This document shows positions 9,832 to 18,833 of a stretch of DNA of 28,316 bases, in pieces. Both the position numbers and the translations under genes were made by a program. The stretch comes from Candidatus Moraniibacteriota bacterium (GTDB lineage Bacteria > Patescibacteriota > Minisyncoccia > CAIUEV01 > JAHKAQ01), in assembly GCA_014729445.1 (NCBI GenBank), contig WJJX01000105.1, forward strand, positions 1 through 28,316, given 5' to 3'. Each line of letters starts with the position of its first letter. The first letter of the stretch is position 1. A model generated the notes under the pieces. That model did no database searches, was not told the origin of the DNA, and saw only the letters and a list, made by a program, of their open reading frames with translations.

Positions 9832-12639
9832 ATGAACAAAAAGAAAAAAATCCTTACCGCTATAGGCCTAATGGCCGCACTAGGCCTAATCTATTACCTC
9901 TTTGATAAATTCTTTGGCAAAACAGACGACTGGCAGTATGTTTATTCTCCAACCAGGGAGTTTTTAGCCAAAATGCCTTTTTATGTATATATAATTCTTG
10001 CTGTTTTCATCGTCATCGTCATCGTCGGCTGGCTGGTGATACCGATTATTTTGATTGTTAAAGGCAAAAAAATCGAAGAAAAAATGAGCCCTAAAAGGTG
10101 GGTAGGCATTTTTTATTTAACAGCCCCGATTTTATTGGCCGGTTGCTTGTTTTTAATGAACTACATAGGGCTAAATCAACTTATTAATAATTTTATAAAT
10201 ATTATTTTTCTGGGCTTTAGCTCTCAAGAAAAAACATATTCCGACTTGGACATAAGCGAGTACCTTAATTTTGCTCTAATATGCCTGTTTTTAATTTTAT
10301 TTATCTGGAGTCTCATTAAAATTTTCAAAAACAAAGTTTTTTTAGCGCTTATTTCGGCTCTGGCCTATTTGATCATCGGGGGCTTTTTAGCTTATGTTTA
10401 TATGAAAGAAAAAGAGCCTTCAGTTTCCAACTATCATTATAGCGGAGGAGGAGGGTATTCAGGTGGCGGTTATAGTGACGGACTTTCAGTTGCCTCTTCC
10501 GGCAGCGGTCTAAAAAGCAGCAGCTGGCTTCCTGAAATGGATTTTTCCAGAAGTTCGGTTTCAAACGAGGAAATGGGTTTTTCGGTCGGCGGCGCCAAAG
10601 ACGTTAACAATTTTCGAGAAAACATCAAAGAAAACAAGCTGCCTCTTCCGACCGACATCACCTATGAGGGTTTATTTTATGACTATTACTTTGACACCGG
10701 CAAAAAAGAAGATTGCCAAAAATTATTCTGCCCCTCTTACAGTTATGCGGTTTCTAACGATCCTTTGAACAATTATGAAGAATATTATCTATCTGTTGGC
10801 CTAAATTCGAACTTAAAAGAAGAAAATTTTCAAAGGAAAAAACTCAATTTGGTCATTGTGCTAGACATTTCAGGCTCGATGTCTTCTCCTTTTAGTCAAT
10901 ATTATTACGATAGATTCGGCAACAAAAATGAATTAGAGCCGGCAAACGAGGAGGATTCAAAAAAATCCAAGATACAGATTGCCAACGAAGCGGTAGTTGA
11001 CTTATTGGGCCATCTAAACGAGGATGATCGTTTTGGAATGGTTTTGTTTGACGATGGCGCTTATTTGGCAAAACCTTTAAACAAAGTGGGAAAAACCGAT
11101 ATGGAAGCAATCAAGAATCATATTCTAGAGATTGATCCCAGGGGAGGAACCAACATGGAAGCCGGTTTCAAACAAGGAACAAAATCCTTTGAGGAATTTT
11201 TAGAGGTTGATCAGGATGAATATGAAAATCGGATTATTTTTCTAACCGACGCCATGCCAAACATTGGAGCTATCAATGAAGATAGTCTGCTTGGCATGAC
11301 TCAGGAAAATGCCGAAAATAAGTTATACACCACCTTCATCGGAATTGGAATCGATTTTAATACCGAATTAATCGAAGAAATCACCAAGGTCCGCGGCGCC
11401 AACTATTATTCCGTCCATTCCGCCGAGCAGTTTAAAACCCGAATGGATGACGAGTTTGAACTAATGGTCACTCCTTTAGTTTTTAATTTGGAGTTAAAAC
11501 TTAAAGCTGACGGCTATCAAATAGATAAGGTTTACGGATCGCCTGAAGCGGACGAAGCCACCGGTCAAATAATGAAGGTCAACACTTTGTTTCCTTCAAG
11601 AACGGTTGAGGGGGAGACCAGAGGCGGGTTGGTTTTGCTTAAGTTAAAAAAGCAGTCCGAAAATGCCAGTTTAAAACTAATCGCAAGTTACGAAGACCGA
11701 AGCGGTAATCAGGATTCCGATCAAAAAAGCATCAACTTTCCGGCTGAAAAGGAAAATTACTATGAAAATTCCGGAATTAGAAAAGGAATTCTTTTAGCCA
11801 GATACGCCAACTTGATTAAAAAATGGATCATCGATCAAAGAGCCTTGGAAAGTCAAAACCAGGAAGTCAAAATGTGTTACCCCAACGCCGGAGCCGATCC
11901 TTTATCTTACCTGGAAAAAGGAATCCCCATTCCCCAGGAAATTCCCTGCGAGCAGCTTCTAAATAAATGGGAGCGCCAATCGATCAGCCTTAAAATCGAC
12001 CCCGAATACAAATCAATTTTTATGAATTTTAAAACCTATTTCCAAAAAGAGACGCAGGCCATCGGAGATGAAAACCTAAAGCAGGAAATAGAAATTCTGG
12101 ATCAATTGATTAAGACCGAACAGAAAGCGCAAACCTCCCTCTATCCACCCCTGAAAAACGCCGACCAAAGAATCACCAAAAAACCCTTTGGCATTTTCGT
12201 CACCCCCCAAAATTCACCGATTGAAAAAGAGCGATTTAGCGGTTATCACACCGGAGTTGACTTTGAAATCCTAAGCGGCGAAGAAGATCAAACCGTAAAG
12301 GTGTTTTCGATTTGCGAAGGAAAAATAATTCACAAAGACAGGGTCAATGGTTACGGAGGAGTTATTGTTCAATCCTGCACCTTTGATCAGGAAAAAATTT
12401 CGGTTCTTTACGGCCATCTCGATCTAAAGCAGATTCCGGTTCAAAAAAATAGCCAAATAAATAAAGGCCAGCCGATCGCGGTGCTTGGGCAAGGCTACTC
12501 CACCGAAACCGACGGCGAAAGAAAACACCTTCACCTTGGCCTAATCAAAGGCGGAAAAATCGACTTCAAAGGTTACGTCAGCCAAGAATCGATGCTTGAC
12601 GGCTGGCTGGATTATGAAAGGGTTCAAAAAGGGGAGTAA
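9832..12639 (+). CDS. membrane-anchored vWA-domain protein (YfbK-like) fused to a C-terminal M23 (LytM-type) metallopeptidase
   Basis: The probable start is ATG 9832 (MNKKKKILTAIGLMAALG...); the ORF is open from 9757. The order is N-terminal TM helices, a Gly/Ser/Tyr-rich linker (GGGGYSGGGYS), a YfbK-type vWA N-region, then the vWA MIDAS motif LVIVLDISGSMSS. The C-terminus has M23 motifs HTGVDF and HLHLGL. Confidence 0.75.
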   Translation: MNKKKKILTAIGLMAALGLIYYLFDKFFGKTDDWQYVYSPTREFLAKMPFYVYIILAVFIVIVIVGWLVIPIILIVKGKKIEEKMSPKRWVGIFYLTAPILLAGCLFLMNYIGLNQLINNFINIIFLGFSSQEKTYSDLDISEYLNFALICLFLILFIWSLIKIFKNKVFLALISALAYLIIGGFLAYVYMKEKEPSVSNYHYSGGGGYSGGGYSDGLSVASSGSGLKSSSWLPEMDFSRSSVSNEEMGFSVGGAKDVNNFRENIKENKLPLPTDITYEGLFYDYYFDTGKKEDCQKLFCPSYSYAVSNDPLNNYEEYYLSVGLNSNLKEENFQRKKLNLVIVLDISGSMSSPFSQYYYDRFGNKNELEPANEEDSKKSKIQIANEAVVDLLGHLNEDDRFGMVLFDDGAYLAKPLNKVGKTDMEAIKNHILEIDPRGGTNMEAGFKQGTKSFEEFLEVDQDEYENRIIFLTDAMPNIGAINEDSLLGMTQENAENKLYTTFIGIGIDFNTELIEEITKVRGANYYSVHSAEQFKTRMDDEFELMVTPLVFNLELKLKADGYQIDKVYGSPEADEATGQIMKVNTLFPSRTVEGETRGGLVLLKLKKQSENASLKLIASYEDRSGNQDSDQKSINFPAEKENYYENSGIRKGILLARYANLIKKWIIDQRALESQNQEVKMCYPNAGADPLSYLEKGIPIPQEIPCEQLLNKWERQSISLKIDPEYKSIFMNFKTYFQKETQAIGDENLKQEIEILDQLIKTEQKAQTSLYPPLKNADQRITKKPFGIFVTPQNSPIEKERFSGYHTGVDFEILSGEEDQTVKVFSICEGKIIHKDRVNGYGGVIVQSCTFDQEKISVLYGHLDLKQIPVQKNSQINKGQPIAVLGQGYSTETDGERKHLHLGLIKGGKIDFKGYVSQESMLDGWLDYERVQKGE

Positions 12640-12643
12640 AAAT

Positions 12644-12671
12644 TTGACACAGGCCCTTCCAAAGCTATAAT
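12644..12671 (+). promoter_or_regulatory. sigma70-like promoter TTGACA-N16-TATAAT upstream of the SPFH gene
   Basis: Exact consensus hexamers at 12644-12649 and 12666-12671. The ATG of the next gene (12699) lies 28 nt downstream of the -10 box. Confidence 0.55.
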
Positions 12672-12698
12672 GCATAGCTAAATCCTAAATTAAAACCA

Positions 12699-13844
12699 AT
12701 GTCTCGATACAATCAAGCGGTCCAAAAAGAGTTCGTCGCTTCCTCCCTAAACGAAAAAGACATCGCCCGGGAAGTGAATTTTTTTGAACCTTTCTTTTAT
12801 TTTTTAGGCAACATTTTCGATTTTGTAGCGTCGCTTATAGTGATTTTTATTCTGGCCTATACTTTTGTTTTGGTTGTTAGGCTCATTTTTGCCGCCAAAA
12901 AATCCGGAACCAAAGAGGCTAACGAGATTGTCGAAAAGGAATATCGAAGAATTTCCGGATTATTAGGGACCATTTTTCGAAAAGGCAAAAATATTTTTGG
13001 CGATTTATTCAAATTCGTCTGGCGTAAAAAGCATTATGCTTTGGCGGTTTTAATTTTGCTTTTTTTGTGGAAGGTTAATGTGGTGGAATTGATTAAGGTT
13101 TCACCCGGCCAGAAAGCGGTCGATATCGAATCGCAAAAAATTCTAAATCCGGGCATTCATTTAACAAGTCCGTTATTTTCCGAATACATTTTGGCCCATG
13201 TCGCCGATTATCAATTCTCTATCCCCGAAATCACCGCCGAGTCAAAATATCCGGAGCTGCAGGATGTGATCTTAAACGTCAATGTCACTTTTCATATCAA
13301 AGATGAAGAATTGATTGAATTTTTCAGACAGCAAGGCCCGCAAATGAGCATTTGGAACACTTCCGATCAAATAGTCTCTCCAAGAGTTATCGAGCAGATC
13401 AAAAAAGTGGTCAGAGAATACTCGTTTAAGGAAGTTCACTTAAATCAAGAAGAAATCAAGCAAAAGTCGGTTGAAGAAATCCAAAAAGCGATCGAACCTT
13501 TAGGGCTCGAATTGGACGAACTAAACATCGTAAACATTAGAATTTCGCAAAAATTCATTGACGTATTCGGCGAAACCGAAATCCTTGAGGAAAAAAGAAT
13601 CCTGGAAACCGCGGAGCTGGAGCAGGAAAAAATTAGAACCGAAAAGGAAATCGAGGCCGCCGAAAGGGAAAAGCAAAAAAGAATCATTGAAGCCGAAGGA
13701 ATCGCCGAAGCCAACCGAATTATCAGCTCTCAAAATATAAGCCCCGAAATGCTTGAATTAAAACGCATCGAAAACAAAGCCAAGCAAATCGAAAAATGGA
13801 ACGGCCAGGCGCCTCAAAACGTGGGCGGAGATTTTGGGCTGTAA
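12699..13844 (+). CDS. SPFH/Band-7 (prohibitin/HflKC-like) domain membrane protein
   Basis: N-terminal TM helices, a Band-7 core (VSPGQKAVDIESQKILNPGIHLTSPLF...), and a C-terminal Glu/Lys/Ala-rich coiled coil (EAEGIAEANRII) resembling HflK/C tails. Confidence 0.7.
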   Translation: MSRYNQAVQKEFVASSLNEKDIAREVNFFEPFFYFLGNIFDFVASLIVIFILAYTFVLVVRLIFAAKKSGTKEANEIVEKEYRRISGLLGTIFRKGKNIFGDLFKFVWRKKHYALAVLILLFLWKVNVVELIKVSPGQKAVDIESQKILNPGIHLTSPLFSEYILAHVADYQFSIPEITAESKYPELQDVILNVNVTFHIKDEELIEFFRQQGPQMSIWNTSDQIVSPRVIEQIKKVVREYSFKEVHLNQEEIKQKSVEEIQKAIEPLGLELDELNIVNIRISQKFIDVFGETEILEEKRILETAELEQEKIRTEKEIEAAEREKQKRIIEAEGIAEANRIISSQNISPEMLELKRIENKAKQIEKWNGQAPQNVGGDFGL

Positions 13845-13915
13845 AACCTTTCCCGATCATTCAATTTGATTTATAATAAAAATACAAAAATTCTAATTTT
13901 TTATCGATTATTATA

Positions 13916-15601
13916 ATGTCGGTTGTTGAGAGATTAAAAGAAGGTTTTAAGAACCGAAGATTAACTTTAGACGAAAAAGCTCGGGCCGCCCAAAGCCGGA
14001 TTATTGAATTTTTCCAAGAAAATAAAAAAGCTTCCTATTTTGAAACCAAAAACAAGTTAGATAATAAAAATGAAGGTTATCTTGGAGGACAATTAGATGT
14101 TATCGCTACGTATGCAAGAGAAAAGCAGAAAGATCTATTGGAGAGAACCAAAAGCCACCGCCCCAGCCGTTTCGACCGAGCCCGAAGAATCAAAAGCGGC
14201 TTTTTAACCTGGAAAGGCTACGCAAATAATGAAATTCTAAAATTAAAGCAAAAACTAAAGGAAGTAACAGCCCAAAATCAGGATAATGATAATCCAGAAA
14301 TTCAAAAACAGATTACCGGAATCGAAAAAATGATCAACAGCTATCAAGAAGCCTTAGAGGATGAAGTTTTTAAAAATAAAGAAATAAAAGAAATGAAAAT
14401 CGATTTAAGGTATAATCTAACTGAAAGAAAGGTTCAATACGACGCCTTAAAAACCGCCAATGCTCTCCCAGAATCTGCAAGACGATTCGAAAACCTAAAT
14501 GAATTTACCCCCTTTAATCCAGATAAAACCGAAAAAATAACCGAAGATCAGATTGCAGAAAAGGCCAAAGAAATCGCCAATTTTATCTTGATTAAAAAAA
14601 ACTTTCGACTTGATGAGGCTTTTGGTAAAAAAGAATTTGAAGAACTTAGGAAAGACCCAGCCGTCCAAGAAGAATACCAAACGCTAAAAGAGTATTACAA
14701 AAAATCGATCAAGGCGGCGCTGACTTTAAGAGAGATTTCCTTATTCGAAGATGAATCGATTAAGCCTAAAAAGCTCGAGTTCTTAAAAGAATTAATGGCC
14801 GCCAACCACATCAAGAAAAACAACATCAGCCCCGAATTTGTCGACCAAATCTTTAAAAATCCTAAAGCCTTTTTCAATGAAAATTTACTAAACATTAAAG
14901 ACCAGCAATTACAACAAGGCAACGTCTTTGCCAACAACAGAAGCCCCAGAGCTTCTGCCTTTCTAGGAAGACATCCGCTGGTCAAAGTGGCGGCTTCGTT
15001 GGTTATGTTTGGTGCTGCCGTAATAAGCTATAAACCCGGAGAGACTTTCGGCGATGGAGAAGAAGCGCGCAAGATTATGATAACTCAAAAAGTAAGCAGT
15101 GAAGAAATACCAGATTTCCCTTCGCCGGGAAATGAAAAAATCCGGACAAAAGATAATAATTATGCCAAAGAAAAAGAAGTGCAAGAAGATAAAGCAAGGT
15201 CTCAAGAAGAAAAGAAAAAAACTACAAGACAAGAAGTTTTTGACGACTTAAAAAAGCATAAGGTTTACGAAGACCTGGCCGACAACCCCGCCGCCATCCG
15301 CTGGCTCATTAAACAATACAAAGAAGGCTTTACAATAATCAACAAATTCTTCTCCCAAGGCAAAAATCACACCCTGATTCTTCAAAAAAATGACCAATCT
15401 AAAGATATGATTGCTTATTTGATCGGGCGAGGAGATAGTAGTAAAGGCAACCAGACTGAATCCGGTGACCTCCAGAGTGCTGGCGCGCCTGATGATGAAA
15501 GATCGAATAATTTTATTTCTTCGGAAAAGCTTGCACCGACTACATTTAAAGAAAACGAAGGAGGCCCGAGTGAACTGACCGGAGGTGTTGATAATCCATA
15601 G
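13916..15601 (+). CDS. hypothetical Lys/Glu-rich coiled-coil protein
   Basis: 561-aa ORF with strongly biased K/E composition and heptad-like stretches. It has one hydrophobic segment (PLVKVAASLVMFGAAVISY) and no catalytic motif I recognise. Confidence 0.5.
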   Translation: MSVVERLKEGFKNRRLTLDEKARAAQSRIIEFFQENKKASYFETKNKLDNKNEGYLGGQLDVIATYAREKQKDLLERTKSHRPSRFDRARRIKSGFLTWKGYANNEILKLKQKLKEVTAQNQDNDNPEIQKQITGIEKMINSYQEALEDEVFKNKEIKEMKIDLRYNLTERKVQYDALKTANALPESARRFENLNEFTPFNPDKTEKITEDQIAEKAKEIANFILIKKNFRLDEAFGKKEFEELRKDPAVQEEYQTLKEYYKKSIKAALTLREISLFEDESIKPKKLEFLKELMAANHIKKNNISPEFVDQIFKNPKAFFNENLLNIKDQQLQQGNVFANNRSPRASAFLGRHPLVKVAASLVMFGAAVISYKPGETFGDGEEARKIMITQKVSSEEIPDFPSPGNEKIRTKDNNYAKEKEVQEDKARSQEEKKKTTRQEVFDDLKKHKVYEDLADNPAAIRWLIKQYKEGFTIINKFFSQGKNHTLILQKNDQSKDMIAYLIGRGDSSKGNQTESGDLQSAGAPDDERSNNFISSEKLAPTTFKENEGGPSELTGGVDNP

Positions 15602-15657
15602 AATTTTTAGGATCGAACGAAGAATAGCAACGAAAAAAGACAAACCTAATTAAATCA

Positions 15658-17517
15658 ATGTGTGGCATTAACGGAAAAATTTACTTTAACCAGGCAAAGG
15701 TTGACCAAAAATGGATTCAAATAATGAATCAAAAAATCAGCCATCGGGGTCCCGATGATTCCGGAGTTTATTTAAGCAAGGACGAAAAAGTAGGTTTAGG
15801 CCATCAAAGACTTGCTATCATTGACTTATCAAAAAAAGGAGCCCAGCCGATGAGCTATTTAAATAGGTATCACATTGTTTTTAATGGCGAAATTTACAAC
15901 TTCCAAGAACACCGCGAAAATTTAAAAAAACAAGGCTATAAGTTTAACTCCAAAACCGACACTGAAGTCATTTTGGCTCTTTACGATAAATACAAGGAAA
16001 GTTGCTTGAAATACTTAAGAGGAATGTTTGCTTTTGCAATTTATGACAAAAAAGAAAAAACAGTTTTCTGCGCTCGCGATCGAATCGGCAAAAAACCCTT
16101 TAAATATTATTTGGATAGTAACGTATTTATATTCTCCTCAGAGCTAAAATCGATTTTGACCCAGAAAGAATGCCCCAAAGAACCTGATTTCGAAGCAATT
16201 AATTATTTTTTAACTTTCACTTATTGCCCCTCGCCCTTAACCGGTTTTAGAAAAATCAAAAAGCTAGAGCCGGCTCATTATCTAAAAGTTAACTTAAAAA
16301 CCAAAAAAATTGAGAAAAAATCTTATTGGGATTTGGATTTTTCAAATAAACTGGACTTAAGCGAAGCAGAATGGCAGGAAAGAATCCTTGAAAAGTTAGA
16401 AGAATCAACAAAAATAAGAATGATCTCGGATGTGAGCATCGGCGCCTTCCTCTCCGGCGGTATCGACTCTTCGGCGGTTGTTGGAATGATGAGCCGGCTA
16501 AGCCAAAAACCAATCAAAACCTTCTCCGTAGGATTTGAAGAACAAGAGTACAATGAACTGTCTTACGCTAAAATAATCGCTGAAAAATTCAAAACCGAAC
16601 ATAGCGAAATTATCGTAAAGCCAGACAAAATCGAAGAAATTTTGCCCAAACTTGTTTATTTCTACGAAGAACCCTATGCCGACAACAGCATGCTCCCGAC
16701 TTATTATTTAAGTAAAGAGGTTAAAAAGCTCGTAACTGTAGCGCTAAACGGCGACGGAGGCGACGAAAATTTCGCCGGCTACAAACATTATGCGGTTAAT
16801 AAATTCGCCTCCCTTTACAATAATTTTAGGCCCCTAAATAATGCCTTGGTCTTTCCGTTTTTTAAATTTTTAAACAAGTTTTTAAAAAACAAATTACTCG
16901 ATAGGGCGCATTTATTTTCTAAAAGCATTAAAGAAGATGGATCAAAAAGGTATTTAAATTATCTCTATCGATTTAGTTTAGGCGATCAAAAAAAAGCGTT
17001 TGACTATTTTGCTAAATACTTTAAAACCGCCCAAAAGTTCGAAGAACTGGATCGAATGCTTTATACCGATATAAAAACTTACTTAGCAGATGATCTTATG
17101 GTTAAAATGGATATCGCAAGCATGGCCTGCGGCCTTGAAGGCCGTTCGCCCTTCCTTGACCACGAGATGCTTGAATTAACCGCTAAAATGCCGTTTAATC
17201 TAAAACTGAAAGGCCTTAACAACAAAAAGTATATTCTTAAAAAAGCCCTGGAAAAAGATAATTTTATTCCAAAAGAGGTAATGTATCGGTCAAAGAGGGG
17301 ATTTGTGGCCCCCCTAGGCCGTTGGTTCAAGGACGATAAAAACTTTCCAAAATACGCTGAATCAAAGATATTAAACAAAGATTTCTTAGAAACCAATGGT
17401 TTCGATGAACACGCAATCAAGGAAGTCTTAAACAAATGCAACAAGAATCCAGCCGATTACTATCGTCCACTGTGGACACTGCTTTGTTTAAGTGTTTGGT
17501 TTGAGGAGTATCATTGA
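15658..17517 (+). CDS. asnB: asparagine synthase (glutamine-hydrolysing) family amidotransferase
   Basis: N-terminal MCGI (Cys2 nucleophile of the class-II glutamine amidotransferase domain) and the PP-loop SGGIDSS in the synthetase domain. TGA is its stop codon, so the standard genetic code applies. It sits at the head of a glycan cluster. Confidence 0.85.
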   Translation: MCGINGKIYFNQAKVDQKWIQIMNQKISHRGPDDSGVYLSKDEKVGLGHQRLAIIDLSKKGAQPMSYLNRYHIVFNGEIYNFQEHRENLKKQGYKFNSKTDTEVILALYDKYKESCLKYLRGMFAFAIYDKKEKTVFCARDRIGKKPFKYYLDSNVFIFSSELKSILTQKECPKEPDFEAINYFLTFTYCPSPLTGFRKIKKLEPAHYLKVNLKTKKIEKKSYWDLDFSNKLDLSEAEWQERILEKLEESTKIRMISDVSIGAFLSGGIDSSAVVGMMSRLSQKPIKTFSVGFEEQEYNELSYAKIIAEKFKTEHSEIIVKPDKIEEILPKLVYFYEEPYADNSMLPTYYLSKEVKKLVTVALNGDGGDENFAGYKHYAVNKFASLYNNFRPLNNALVFPFFKFLNKFLKNKLLDRAHLFSKSIKEDGSKRYLNYLYRFSLGDQKKAFDYFAKYFKTAQKFEELDRMLYTDIKTYLADDLMVKMDIASMACGLEGRSPFLDHEMLELTAKMPFNLKLKGLNNKKYILKKALEKDNFIPKEVMYRSKRGFVAPLGRWFKDDKNFPKYAESKILNKDFLETNGFDEHAIKEVLNKCNKNPADYYRPLWTLLCLSVWFEEYH

Positions 17518-17530
17518 TCCCTCAGGGTGA

Positions 17531-17701
17531 GGTTTGATAGTTAAGCTTGGGTTTTGGCCTTGGCCCAAAACCCATCCCGGCCTTCCCTTAACAAGGAAGG
17601 AGCTCATAAACGCTTGATATAAACTAAAATTCAACGCCCCCTCCCTGTGAAGGGAGGGCTGGGGTGGGTTTCTTTCAAAACCAAAACTTAGCTATCAAAC
17701 C
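17531..17701 (+). other. candidate structured RNA element or complex terminator (nested hairpins)
   Basis: A ~25-bp imperfect outer inverted repeat (GGTTTGATAGTTAAGCTTGGGTTTT ... AAAACCAAAACTTAGCTATCAAACC) encloses three GC-rich hairpins. These are GGGTTTTGGCC/GGCCCAAAACCC, CCTTCC/GGAAGG and CCCTCCC/GGGAGGG. Confidence 0.3.
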
Positions 17702-17766
17702 TAAGTTATCACCTACGACAAGGCCCCTTAAATTTGACAAAAAAAATAAAATATGTTATTAATAAA

Positions 17767-17797
17767 AGCTTCATCGAGAAGCTATATTAAGTTTTTT
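17767..17797 (+). terminator. weak intrinsic-terminator-like hairpin AGCTTC-ATCGA-GAAGCT followed 8 nt later by T6
   Basis: Read directly from the sequence. It lies between asnB and the Wzz-like gene. Confidence 0.25.
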
Positions 17798-17883
17798 AAT
17801 CAGGATTTCCAGATTATTCCCGCTCCGCGGGGATTATCCAGGGAAAGTCGATTATATGAATTAAAGACTTAAGTTTAATTTTT

Positions 17884-18816
17884 ATGGACAGGATGGAAAA
17901 CAACAATTTAAACTATAAATCATTCAAACTGGCAATCGTAATGGCTGTAATGCTTGGCTGTTTAGTGTTTTCACTTAGCTCTTTTTTGCCAAGCAAATTC
18001 AAATCCGATTTAAGCATTTTGGTGATTCAACAGTCTGACACTAAAATGGATGCTTATTCAGCCGCCCAGTCGGCCGAATATCTAAGCGGCATTTTAGCCA
18101 AAGTGATTTATACCGATTCCTTTATCGAAGACACCTTAAACCAGGAGTCTTTTGAAAATGACTCTAATTTTATTAACCTAAAAAATAGTATTTCGGCCGA
18201 ATCCAACAAAAGAAAAGAAATTTGGGAAAATATGATTGAGGCTAGAAACGTTAACAACACCGGTATAATTGAAATAGAAACTTTTAACGAAAACGCCGAG
18301 CAGGCAAAAGTGCTGGGAAAAGCCATTGCATCAAATCTTTTGGATAACGGTAAAAACTACCATGGCGGAGGCGAGAGTATTAAATTAAAAGTTGTCGATG
18401 GTCCCAATGTTTCAACTAAAGCTAAATATCCCAATGTTTGGGCTAACTTCGGTTTTGGTTTTATCCTCGGCTTCATAGGTTCTTTAATTATGTCCTATTT
18501 TTTTAAAGGTTATGAAAATGCTTTCTTCAAACCCGAAGAAGCAGAAACCGACCGTTTAAAAGACGATAATAAAATAAAATTCAGCGATTCTAAAACAATC
18601 GCCAATCACAATTATGCCAACCCCAAGGAGCAGTTAGTTCAATCGGTTCATGGAAGCGAATCCGATTCCATGGTTAATTTTGAAAAAAATCAATCAAAAG
18701 AAATCTACTTAACCAATGAAAATATCCATTATCCTTCGGGCTACAAACAGGATTTTGAAAAAATCGATCACAGTCAGGCTAACAAAAAATACGGTGAGCT
18801 TTTTGGCGCAATCTAA
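17884..18816 (+). CDS. Wzz-like polysaccharide chain-length determinant or co-polymerase family protein (tentative)
   Basis: An N-terminal TM helix, a long soluble region and a C-terminal TM helix (WANFGFGFILGFIGSLIMSYFF) match PCP-family topology. Glycosyltransferases follow. Sequence similarity was judged by eye only. Confidence 0.45.
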   Translation: MDRMENNNLNYKSFKLAIVMAVMLGCLVFSLSSFLPSKFKSDLSILVIQQSDTKMDAYSAAQSAEYLSGILAKVIYTDSFIEDTLNQESFENDSNFINLKNSISAESNKRKEIWENMIEARNVNNTGIIEIETFNENAEQAKVLGKAIASNLLDNGKNYHGGGESIKLKVVDGPNVSTKAKYPNVWANFGFGFILGFIGSLIMSYFFKGYENAFFKPEEAETDRLKDDNKIKFSDSKTIANHNYANPKEQLVQSVHGSESDSMVNFEKNQSKEIYLTNENIHYPSGYKQDFEKIDHSQANKKYGELFGAI

Positions 18817-18833
18817 TTTCAATATTTTTTTAC

